From Amphiscolops sp. MND2022 (taxonomy: Eukaryota), in contig OZ076416.1 of the NCBI GenBank assembly GCA_964187785.1, positions 28,582,001-28,646,000 of the forward strand: 64,000 nt of DNA, given 5' to 3'. A program made the position numbers and the translations under genes. Position 1 is the stretch's first letter. Every line of letters starts with the position of its first letter. The notes under the pieces are model-generated. The model was not told the origin of the DNA. It saw only the letters and a program-made list of their open reading frames with translations, and did no database searches. Below, in pieces: positions 36,201-47,725 of the stretch.

Positions 36201-39200
36201 ATTTTACAGGAAATCATTGAAATATATTTTCTATGAGTTTTTGCTTTTATAGTACTCGGCAGCAATGTTCGGAGCAAATATTCGGAATATTTTACGGCGA
36301 AAAGCAGGCTATGCCTAATGATATTAATTATGGTTTCAATTCGAAGTGGTTTTAGTCCCATAAGTTTGGCTTGTTTGTGTCGATAGACCAAAGCTGCAGC
36401 TGCTGAGAAGAGTGGGGACGAAACTGACGGAGCTGCAGCAGGCGGGGGCACCGAGAAGAAGGTGGAGGTAGTTGAACCAGGTGCCGAAACAGACGCCCTC
36501 GCTGAACTGTCCCCTGAAGGTTCGTTCGTTTCTGTTGAATTCTTCCAAATTAGGCAACTGCCACTCAACAGAGAACGAAATCGCGTCTAGCGCGACAAAA
36601 GATGTCAAGCTGGGCGCTTGAGAAATAGAAAAAGCCATTCCATTGTGCTGCTTTCTGTTGTCTTCTGATTAAATTTAGGCAGTCTTGTTTATGTCAGTGG
36701 GCAATTCACCGGAACTTCTACGGAAGCGCCTTTTCATTTTTATAATTTTGAAGGTCTAAATTTAAGACACCCCAAATATCAGTGATGTAACTCTTGAAGA
36801 TTTACTGGAAAAAGGTTTTCGGTATTGATTTCTTTTTCCTGGACACTTCAAAACTCACCAATCATGTAATAAGTTGATAGCGAATAATTGCAGAAATGTT
36901 GGAAGCCGGAGACGAAGAAGGTTCAGACAAGATGAATAAAGAGACTGCGAGTGAGATGAGGTCAACCCAGTCGCTCTACAACTTCCACATCGAAGTCACG
37001 CCCCAGATGATAGAGAAAACAGCCACTAACCTCAGTGAGAACGAGCGCCTCCGTATCACTCTGCTCAAGAACGACCACGCAGACAAGCCAGACCCTGGCA
37101 CTGTCAGAGAAATTGCACTCAAGAAAATCAAGTTAGTTGTACAGTCCCAACAATAGGCCTTTTTAGTCGCCGTTTTCCAAGAAAATGCACGATTCTTACA
37201 GTGGCTAGTTTTTTTCGTCAGTTCAACGCGATCGGTCAACTTTTCTTGTTTTCTTATTCATTTGTTCAACTCTTTCGCCAACTAATTTTCAGACTTTCAG
37301 AAGCAGGAGAGCGTGGGTTCGAATCTCGCACTAAACCACAAGTTTTTTAATGTTTCCAAAAGTAGAGGGTACACCAAAGGGTCCCCCTTTTTGGTTTTTA
37401 GTCGGCGTTTTCGAAGAAAATCCCGACTCTTACAGTGGCTAGTTTTTTTTCGTCAGTTCAACGCGAATGTCCACTTTTTGTGCATTAAGGCAATTAATGC
37501 ACATTCACCAATTTTTACCATATGTACTTAGTACTTCATTTTCAACGCATCCAAAGCGTCTAACATGAGATAAAAAGCGTCCCCCTTTTACATTTTTCGG
37601 CACTATGCGACTTCGACCGGAAACTTCGAAAAAAAATTCAAAAAAAAATCGGAAATTTTTTCTTTTCGACCGGAAACTTCGAAAAAAAATTCAAAAAAAA
37701 AATCGGAAATTTTTTCTCAATTTTTAGTTTTTTGAGAGCTTTTGTTGTCTCCAGTTGTAGAAAAAGTGGTTTTCGAGTCTTTTTGAGCCTTAGATATGGC
37801 GCCGACTTGGGCCGTTCCCGGCTTGTTTTCTGCGTTATGCGACTTTTTTTACCAATTACTTTTTTGCGAAAATTTGATTTTTCTCAAAGGCAAATTAGTT
37901 TTTTTATGTTTCCAGTGCAGAAAAAAATGTTTTCGAGTTTCGGAAAAATACTTTCGGGATTTTTCGGCACTGTGTGATAAATGAAAAATTTCACAATAGC
38001 CTGAGTTTTTCCTTGAATATTATTGAGCCTCAGATATGACGCCGACTTGGCCGTTCCCTGCTTGGTTCCACTTTCCGAGCCAATAAAACTTGGCTGAAAT
38101 TTACTTTTAGAGAAAAAAAACATTTGGAAACTATCCCAAAAATATTATAGTTTAAATGATTCTCTCCACCTGCAAGGGATTGAAGATTCTGGAATCCTTT
38201 CAAAACGCTTCTCCCAGCGTCTTATAAACCTAAGGACTGGTTGCTTTTCTGTGTATGAAACAAAATCATATTGTTACCGCAGTTTTGTTCAGGCGGAACG
38301 CGTTGATCGAAATGATCAAACTGTTGCTTCGTCGAGGTGCCAACCCAAATTCGTCTCTTGTGCCATTCCCAGTCCTGTTCTTTGCCCTGAAAACGGCGGA
38401 TCCTGCTGGTGTGGAGAACCTCCTGTCCAAGGGAGCCTCAACTGAGACTCGTCTGCCCAAAGAGAAGGGAGGATTGGCACCTCTGCATATAGCTGTCACG
38501 TTGCCAGGAGACGCTGGGGTTCAGATCACCAAACTGCTGCTGGAAGCAGGTGCAAACCCCAATATCCAGGCATATCCTTACGATAGCGAACCTGACACAA
38601 TCGTAAGTTGTAATTTGTTGTTGCAAACTATCAGGAGACGAGATCATGCATTGTCTTGTCAGTTTATTCTTTCATCGGTTTGCCCTCATTTTTAGACTGG
38701 CAGCTCACAGCGTTGGGACCCAGCCGAACCTTTACCTTTGACAAGCTGTAATAATTATAAACATATACTTCGTATAGTATAAATGATTATTTTAGTCCCA
38801 AATTTTTATCAAAATCTTCACTTTAGCACACTGAAGACGTAAGTTGAGTATGAACTTTAGATTCTTAGGTATGTTTGTATGCTTGCACAAGTCATTCGAT
38901 AGATGAACAGTGAAGTTGTACGTTTTGAAGAAAACGGGAAAAACTAAAAATGTAAAAATGCTTCTTCATTCTGTCGTAATAAAAGTTATTGGAATCTTGT
39001 GAACATGTACCTCTAGTCACCCTTTCTTTGTATGTTTTTGTCGCACCCCAATCCGAGCACTCCTGAGAGATACCATTGATCACACGAACCCCGTAACATT
39101 CAATGATTAGTTCAATAGTTATCATCGAGACTCATCCCTTCATTACCTTTCACCATCCCATTTAATGTTGGGGGTACGTTGTTTACGAGATTCCTTTTCG

Positions 39201-42200
39201 AAATTTTAAATTGGAAGATTCCAACCACTGAAAACACGCAATAGTTTTTCTCGCTCATTCCAGAAAAACAGCGATGCTTAAATTCTGCACCTAAATCTCA
39301 AAGTTACAAAAGGTTGAATCTTGTTCTGTCCTTAGAATGTTCACTCTTTTGTTTTTCTCTACAGAAGTAGCCGAATTTCTTGAACTATAGTGAGTATTTG
39401 TATCACCTGCTTGACAAGGTGGCATTTTAGACCAACATAGAAGATGTGTATGAGGAAAATCAGAGAACAGCCCTTGAGATTTTGAGTCTGGATCACCCAG
39501 TGACGTCACCTGTGTATGGAGGCAACACTCCCCTGTCCTATGCCTGTGAACGGGACGACGATTACCCCAGAGCCAGACAGATTGTGGGACTCCTGCTCGC
39601 CCACAATGCCAACTGCAATGTCCTCAATCCATGTGGATTGTCACCTCTCGCTCAACTCATTATCAGTGGAAATGATTTTGTAAGAACATCTCAAAAACGT
39701 ACTTTCACGGCTATAGCTTCTTGTTTTCAAACGAGCATTTTGTATACCTTCTTGATTGGTGAAGGTATGTTGGGGAAGATGAAATTGAATGCTGGAATAA
39801 TATGCTAGTTTTGTTCCTAAATTTTTTTTCCTAATTTTTTTCTAATTCTCCTTTTAAATCATAACCTCTTCTAAAAGAAAAAAGGGACCGTGCGTATTGA
39901 AACCTCAGGGTGAATTGATAAAAGCAAATATTGCATTTGCCCATATTGAAGAGGGGACTCTTCAGTAAAGTTTTCTCAGTTTGGTTCCTAAAAACGCTTT
40001 TAATATTTTTGCTTTTTTTCGTTGGGAAATTGGAAAGGGAGATGATGAAAATAAGGAACGAACAGATGGCATTATTTTTCATCTTCAAAACTTTATATGA
40101 CATGACTATGAGATTGAATTGTTAGCTAACTCTTCCTCATAGGGCATAGATGAACTGCTTGCGCACAATGCGGATCCCAGTCTGGCTCTGACTCATGGCA
40201 ACGGAAGTGCTCTCTGTGTGGCCTCTTCCACCGAGTACGAACACAGACGAAGTCCGGAAGCTAGAATACAACTGGTTCGTTGTTTGAATCTCACTTCCTT
40301 TTTCCTTTGTGCTCTTCTTGCCTATGGTTGTAACATTTGAGAAACTGCTATTTTGCTTCTAAATTTATGACCTCATATTGCTAAATAATTCGGCAATTCT
40401 TCGTCATCTGAGAAAACACTTGCGAAACCAAATATTGTATCAAATATTCTCCACCGAGATTACTTTTTGGCCATTTCATATCAAAATCTGATTGTAATCT
40501 AAATGAAATGATTCCAAACATCTGTTATATGATTCGGACTTCCTCCTTCCGGGCCTTTTCGCGCCCATCCAAATTGGTTTTCATCAAAATCAGCCACTGT
40601 CGCACTATCTGTATGTGAACGTAGCATTTCTTTTGTCCTTGTTCCAGATTGACAAATTGATGTCTGCGGGTGCCAACATTCTCACTCCGATCGTGTTTGG
40701 CTCCCCTGGAAAGCCTTCCTGTGTTGGCACCGCTGTTGACTTCGCCTTTCACAAATATTACCTTGTAAGTTGCACTGCTACTATTCATGATAATTGATAA
40801 ATAAATAACTGATGAGTTATAAAGTCCTTTCGTTCCTAGACGTTATGCCGGAGTATCAAAAACGCTTGGGATTTTTGAAAGCATGGCCTTCCTAACAGTG
40901 ACTTGAAAACGTTGAATCGTTCAAAGCTAATTAGTATTTTCGCATTTCGCCTTGTGAGTTGTTCACTGCCGCGAATGTCCTGATATCTTTTCTGTTAATA
41001 ATAGTTCACCTACATGTGCCATCTATATTCAGGACAAACGAGTGGCCTACTTACCTTACCATGCCCTTTCGCCCGCGGAGAGGGAGATTTTCAATGCCAG
41101 GAAGGATCTGTTGGCCCATGTGGGAGACTTGTTACGCAAAACTGTCGTTCGCAAGGAGTTTGAAAGACTTGTCAAAGAAGAGGAAGATGGCAACAGAAGT
41201 AAGATAAGCACCCAGCTTTCTTTTTCTTTGATGTAGTCGATGAATGAAAACCAGAACTTGAGTCAATTTTAGAGATTCACCGGAGTAAAACATAGCCAGT
41301 CCAATTCTCACATTAATTTATTTGCTGGGTTTTTGAAGGTTTAAGCAAAAATTGGTCAAAAACAGCTCGAAGAATTAGTCAAAAACAGCTCAAAGCTGTC
41401 GCAGTTTCATATTGGTTACCGTTTTCGTCGTTGCGTCACATTCTTGCCTGTCTTCTTTTTAAAAAGAAGTGACCCCGGGTTTCCCGGCCAGCCTGCTTGT
41501 GACCCTGAGGTTGATCATATATGGTACCATGCAAATCATTATTTTTTCTATGATCTTACCATGATCAATCTGGAATCATATATGATTCAGAGTATGGTCA
41601 ACCTGGAACCATAAACTTCTATGGTCTTCTATAGTCTTTACTAAAAGCGCCCTTTAAAACCTAAGGTCGTCCGATAAGAGTAGAATAATTCAGAATCAAA
41701 ATATCCACATACTTTTTTTGAGCAATGCAAGAACTAGAAATGGATATAATTCAACAAACCTTGATCCCAAACCATTTGATTCTGTGCTGCCTTGCCTGTA
41801 ATCATTCTGAGGCTTGTTTTAGGTATTTCCCCGAGTGACAAGTTCTTCCACTCTGGCTACGGGGCCAACACTCCTCTGGGCATCGTGAAACCCAACAGGG
41901 GAACTTCTGCTGACGTCATTAAGTGAGAGAATCAATTGCTTCTATCTCCTGATTTAAATGAATGGTATTCGAATGAATGAATAAATTAAACGTTGGTTGT
42001 TCTTGTTGTTTCAGAATCATGAGCATTAAAGAAAATGTGGTGACCATCGATGCCACTAAGAAGATGATGACCAAAGACGAGGTCAAGAAAATTCTCAAGG
42101 ACGGAAAACTTCGAATAAGGTACCCCACCAACTTTCCATTTATTACCATGCACGCCCTCGAGTCTACAATATGACCATGCTTGGTTTATGCATGAAATTA

Positions 42201-45200
42201 TAGATGCCACAAAATTAATTTTTCGAATATTCTCTAAAACTCAACTAGTTCTCATGACAAATGTAGAAGCAATTTTTAGAGTGAACGAAACCAGTGACGA
42301 AAAAAGTTGGAAAGTAGTTTGCAGATGCTCTGTATAACTGAAAGCAAGCGTTGTTAGTCGGCGCGTTTTGAAAAAAAAGCAGATTACTTTTTTCTCTTCG
42401 GCCTCACATCGAAGTGTCAATTTTTTCCTTTAATTTGTTCAACTTAGTCATTGGTTTCATATCGTCGTGGAGCAACGGGGACCATATTACAAGACTGGAC
42501 AGTTGCAAATGGTTCCCAATTTGGGGTTTTTCGGCACTGTACTTTTCGAAAAAATTCTTTTCACCACTTTGCTTTTTCAGTTGTTTCATGTTTTAAAAAT
42601 CCTAAATAGCACAAAAACTTTTGTAAAAGGTAAAAGGAATACTTGCGCTTTTTGAGCCTTAAGCAGGCGCCGACGTGGTCTGTGCGCGGCTTGTTCCGTT
42701 GATTAGATTTTCCTTACAAGGTGGGCATACTTAACAATGAGAGCTTCCTTGAATGACCGATGCTTTTCATCTGAATTTTTGCTGCTTGCAGTCAGTCAAC
42801 TCTTGCGTCACTTTCTGCACTTGAATGCCTAAATTTAGTGATATGCGGTTGTCGTGTTGCAGGAAGCCTCTGTTCAAGTACTGCTACGAGTGTGGGCGCA
42901 GCACTGGCGTGAAGTTGGTGGCCTGTACCAGATGCAAGGAGGTCTTCTACTGTGGCAAGCCATGCAAACTTAAAGCCTGGAATGCCAGACACAAGGAAGA
43001 GTGTGTCAGACTCGCCAACAAAGGTTGGTTTGTTCACCAATTTTAATTCCTATCAATTACGTATTAATTTGAATTAATGCGAGGAAGAAAACTGAAGCGA
43101 GTTGAAAAAAACTTCTTGCAATTTCCGGACATGCTGGATTTTTGTGTAATTAGTTGTGAACTGTGTTGGTTTAGCGAGTGACGTTGTAAAATCGACCTAT
43201 CCGTGCCCGCATAAATCCAGCGGAAGTATGTAAAGTGACTTCGCTTTTCTTGAGTGCAGGTTAGGCAAACGGATGCAAAAGTTTCGCTCAAGCTGATTAT
43301 TCGTAGAACTCGTATAATGATAGCATTTCTCGTGTATATACATGTAGTATAAAGTCAATACGCCTTTTTGGTGAAAGTGTTCCGCCGTGTGATATTGGGA
43401 GTTAACGTCGTTTATTCGGTTACTGTCTCTCTGAAACGCTATGCATTTAAAATAAGATTCAAGTTTCAGACTGTGCAATGTGCTGCAAAACGTAGGTCGC
43501 TTCACGCAATCAGTGTAATAAGTTGTTGCTACTGAGTCAAATACGAAGAGGAATCCATACGAAAAACTGTATCCTTTTTGCTTTACCCCACTTGGTATTA
43601 CCTTGAATGAATGTCTTTCATTATATTTTTGGAAAAGTTTTCTCGGAACAATTCCTTCGGTTATTGCGTCCTTCGGATATAAAGTCAGTCTCAATTTGCA
43701 ACTCACTTGCACCGACCCTGTTTCCGAATTACATTGCATCTAATTTGTATTACGAAAATGTTGATTCCGTACATTTTTTTAAGTGTGTCATGTACAATAC
43801 ACTCCCTAATACCTCTGCTAAGCTGCTCGAAATGGACACGGCTAGCACCACGCACTCCACTCCGAAAAAAGTGCAAATACTTTTAAAAAGTTGGTCCTTA
43901 AAAATTAATTTTTGTTGTCAAATTATATGTACTTGTGAGAGTAGTTCTGGCAAGAATGTAAAAATGTATATCGAACAATCAAGACCGTCTCAAGTCGACA
44001 ATCTGCTTAAGGCTCAATGAGCGCTAGTTCTTTAATTGGGTTTTCAAGAAATTTCGGAAATGTTTCAAGGGCCAAAAATGCTCAGAAAACACTGCGCAGT
44101 GTCAAACAAAACGAGAACATCTAAAGTCGGCGCTATATCTAAGGCTCAAAAAGCGCAAAATATTTTTTTGGAAAAAAACTTGAAATTTTCGAAAATTTTT
44201 CTCTTTTGGAAAATGTCGCACAGTGCCGAAAAATGTAAAAGGGGGACCCTTTTTGATTTATAAACATGCATTCTGTTGCAAAATAACTAAAAACTCAAAG
44301 GGGGGGACCCTTTGGTACATTAAAAAATTTTCAAAAAAAAGTCGCACAGTGCCGAAAAAAATCGAAAGGGGGAACCCTTTAGTCTCGGCCGGTTTTGTAG
44401 GTAGGTTACGATAAAAATGGACTAATTAATAAAAGCGCCGACTAAAAACGAAGAAGGCACCCTTTGGTCTCATTTGGGTTAAAATGTAAAATGATAACAG
44501 TGGGTCCGACTTACCCGCAAAAAACCTTCAAGAAATGCACAATTCAGTGTGAGGCCTGTTGTCTGACAAAAACAAACTTTCGTCTTTTAACTCTACAAAA
44601 GGCGCTGTCTGAAAACTAGCTGCAAAAAACAGACTGCTTCTTAATTCTAGTTCATTTTAGATGAAGATGGTAATGGTAATTTCATACTTTCTTACCACCA
44701 AAATCATACCTAAAATTGAACTGAATAGACGTTAGTTAATTTTCATTAAGCTCATGAGTCATGGATATCATTCAGAAAAGAAAACAAGGACGATTTGTTG
44801 CGCTTTGATGAAAGAAATCATGATGGAAAAATACGTGATCTCACGAAGTTTCTATGCTGGCTGACATGTGATATCATATCAAACATCTTTCCTAAGTCTT
44901 ATCATTGACATTCCAAATTTTTGCAAAGCGTCCTAGGAGTAAATTGCTTATCCATTTTTCTCTCTTGTACGATGAAGAAACGAATACTTGAAATTGATGA
45001 CCGAGACGCGAAATCTTTTCAATCTTGTCCTCGAGAGACGTAAATTGAATCAACTGTTCATTCAATCATAAACTACTGCTTCATCGACCCGACCTCGTTT
45101 CTGACCTTTGACACTGAATTGCTTTCATGTATATGTATGTGAGCTCAAGTCACGAAATTATTGATTCTTCATTTTTACATTTCATAAATACTGAAAGAAA

Positions 45201-47725
45201 TTTTAAATGTTGGGCTCAAGTATTTAGTTTTTTTTTCTGTAGAAATACGACTTTCAATTGGCTCGTTCAAAACCCACTGGACTGATTTATCTAGCGATGT
45301 CTTTGATTCGATAACTATTATTATGTGACTACATTGAATGTAATGTTTTTTTCATCAAGTTAATTGAGTGAAATGTGATGTTCAGAGAAAGATGACAAGA
45401 ACAGGACTCGGGACATGGATAGAATGGACAGTCCTACCCCCTCGACTGACGCCAAAACCGAGGAAGCGGGCAAACTCACTGATATCCTCATACCAAAACC
45501 AAAGGTATCTCGCCCAATCACTCGCTGCTGTTTTGAAATTCCACCGTCGTGGAAAAAAATAAAGCACCATCGTGTATTTCTGGCTGTTTCAACTCAAAGT
45601 TTCATCGTCATATGGATTAATAAATCATTGGTATAATTTCTACTTGAACTTTGCCGTTTTATTTAGTATTTCAGCTTCTCAATCTGCGATTATTCCTGCA
45701 ATGGGCTTGTAAGTCTTCATATAAAATAATAATTTGTTGCCAATTTTTAGAAAGGGAAGAAAAAAACAGCGGTAAGTTGGTTGCTGTGACAGCTTTTCGA
45801 TGTCGCCTGTCGTCAGATGAGGTTTTTATTTGGTTTTTTCTAACATTTTGAGTTCCTTTTAATCATGCGATATGAGCCACGTTGCGAACAACCACGTCTT
45901 TATTGCACCATCATCAATGAACTCCTTGGTTTGACAGTTCATGAATCATTTATTTTTGGCGGCGATTCAATTTTTCTCGAAATTTCTAGAAAGTTTTTCA
46001 ATATTACTAATTTTGATATCCGTATCTTGCTAACCGGTGTCCGGGTAGAAAGGCCAAGGAAAAAACGCCCACAAGAAATTATCCCGGAAATTACGATAAC
46101 GTAGTCAGATATGGTCACCTACTTCTAGTGCCCTAAATGCAGGAGCGACGTGCAAATTTAACGCAGCGACCGGTTTTGACGAAGGCCCATCTGCTGGGGA
46201 GCGAAACGCTCCGAAAAAAGGAAGGCCGAGTCATACAACCAATAAAAAATATTGCTAAAGAAACTGACCGTTTTTTGCTTGGGCCTTTTTCCTATGGCCT
46301 GCGCTCCGTGGTGTAGGCTTTGACTGGTAGTTAATTTGAACATCTTACTAGCGTGGCGTGTGCATGTTAGAGTTGAATGAGTGTTCTCTCTTACAGTTTA
46401 CAGTCTGAAAAGTTTACCTTTACTGAGCTTCTTGCCCTTTTGTATTGAAAAATATAATAGTTTTCATGCTCTAAACAGCCATTTCAATGCAACCCAACCA
46501 GTTAAAAGATGAAGAATTAAATAGGAACATACTTATGAGTGATTAGAATAAATGGTATATATTTTTGTTTGAAAGCGAAAAGTAGAATTGACTGAACAAC
46601 AAATCCAAGAGGCCTTGGACGGGGTAATGGGTGCTTTTGGGGGCGGTCCTCCTAGGATCAAAGGGGGATTAGCCCAAGGAGCATCCAAAAAACAACAGCC
46701 CCAAAATATTCGTCAAATTATTGGCGGGAATGCCAGTAAAACCGTTACGGCCGCCGAATCCCTTCCTTTCCCAGGGGACGGGGACATGCTTAAGCCCTCG
46801 ACGGGGGGTGCAACCGGGGCAGCCATGATTACTGAGGAGATGATTGACCATGCTGTACAGGGAGTGCTTCAGAAACCCAAACAAGTATTCACACCCAAGC
46901 AATAGACATCACCCTCAAATTCACTACCCATATTTCCTAGTCGTAGAAATAGACGAGTAACGTCAGAATGAAGAGAAACTCTCAAAGCCGCTCGTTTCCA
47001 CATGGCAAAGAAGGGCATTTGAAAAATATAAATCGCTGTTCGAAACTAACGTTGAAAATTTCATGGAGTCGAACTTTATCGGCTGCCTTTTTAATGTTTC
47101 GTGTTTTCATATTTTAGTTAGTTTCCTTATTGCACTAAATATTGCTTCATTCTAACTACCTTTGTCTCGGAAATTGTTCATCTGATCTATAGATGTTTAT
47201 ACCGTAGTCTTCCAACTCAGTAAATTCAGCCGTGAATTTAGATTGAAAAGAATCATTCAATTTTGAATTTTCAAGTATTTTTTTGTAATATTAGTTTTCA
47301 CTAAGCTCGTCTCAGTTAATGCTTTGCCAACTATCAAACGTGCCATGAAATTTATTCAACAAATCGCTGTCAAATACAAATACTAAAAGCGGAAGTAATA
47401 ATCCCAAAAACCGATAAATTTAGGAGCTTCGCCTTGTAGTTCAATATGATCTGTCTCTGTTGTCGCCTATATCATTCATATTTGCCAGTATGTTGTTGAA
47501 ATCCTTTTCATCCTTTGTACATTTTTTGTGTGATTTTGATGATGGTGTGTGAATGATTCGGCTTCATTTCAGGTCATTGCCGTAACTGACGAGACGAGAG
47601 ACTCGCGCAAACTCGTGAAACTTTACCCCAGGAAAGAGACTTATGACAAGAAAGGAAACCGAACTCAGTCGACCATGAGAAACGAGATGGGCGAGAAGCT
47701 CACCGAGAATTACAGTTTCGTGTGA
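33297..47725 (+). CDS. ANKMY1: Ankyrin repeat and MYND domain protein 1-like, with N-terminal MORN repeats; multi-exon
   Basis: Phase-consistent GT-AG exons: 33297-33444, 33883-34079, 34302-34910, 34984-35436, 35702-36007, 36387-36519, 36894-37131, 38293-38602, (38696-38838 uncertain), 39431-39679, 40143-40274, 40648-40764, 41033-41198, 41823-41922, 42015-42119, 42863-43023; putative tail exons 45386-45504, 46576-46884, 47573-47725. Six 23-aa MORN repeats, ankyrin repeats ([25 protein letters not shown]) and MYND CYECGR...CTRC...YCGKPC..KAW...HKEEC. Confidence 0.87.
37160..38068 (-). mobile_element. Two nested or tandem copies of the dispersed repeat family in an ANKMY1 intron
   Basis: Two palindromic ends (~37165 and 37400-37428) followed by two GCGCCGACTTGG(G)CCGTTCC ends (37799 and ~38040). 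Confidence 0.6.
37612..37716. repeat. Two-copy 53-bp tandem duplication
   Basis: TTCGACCGGAAACTTCGAAAAAAAATTCAAAAAAAAATCGGAAATTTTTTC at 37612 and 37665. Confidence 0.9.
42352..42695 (-). mobile_element. Copy of the dispersed repeat family (subterminal inverted repeats)
   Basis: AGTCGGCGC at 42356-42364 and GCGCCGAC at 42667-42674; internal TTTTTCGGCACTGT motif. Confidence 0.6.
44103..44450 (+). mobile_element. Copy of the dispersed repeat family (subterminal inverted repeats)
   Basis: AGTCGGCGC 44125-44133 and GCGCCGACT 44435-44443; two internal GTCGCACAGTGCCGAAAAA motifs. Confidence 0.7.

Noticed and set aside
43197-44020. ORFs of 180 and 137 aa in the ANKMY1 intron
   Set aside because: Non-ATG starts, intron-like composition, no recognisable motifs
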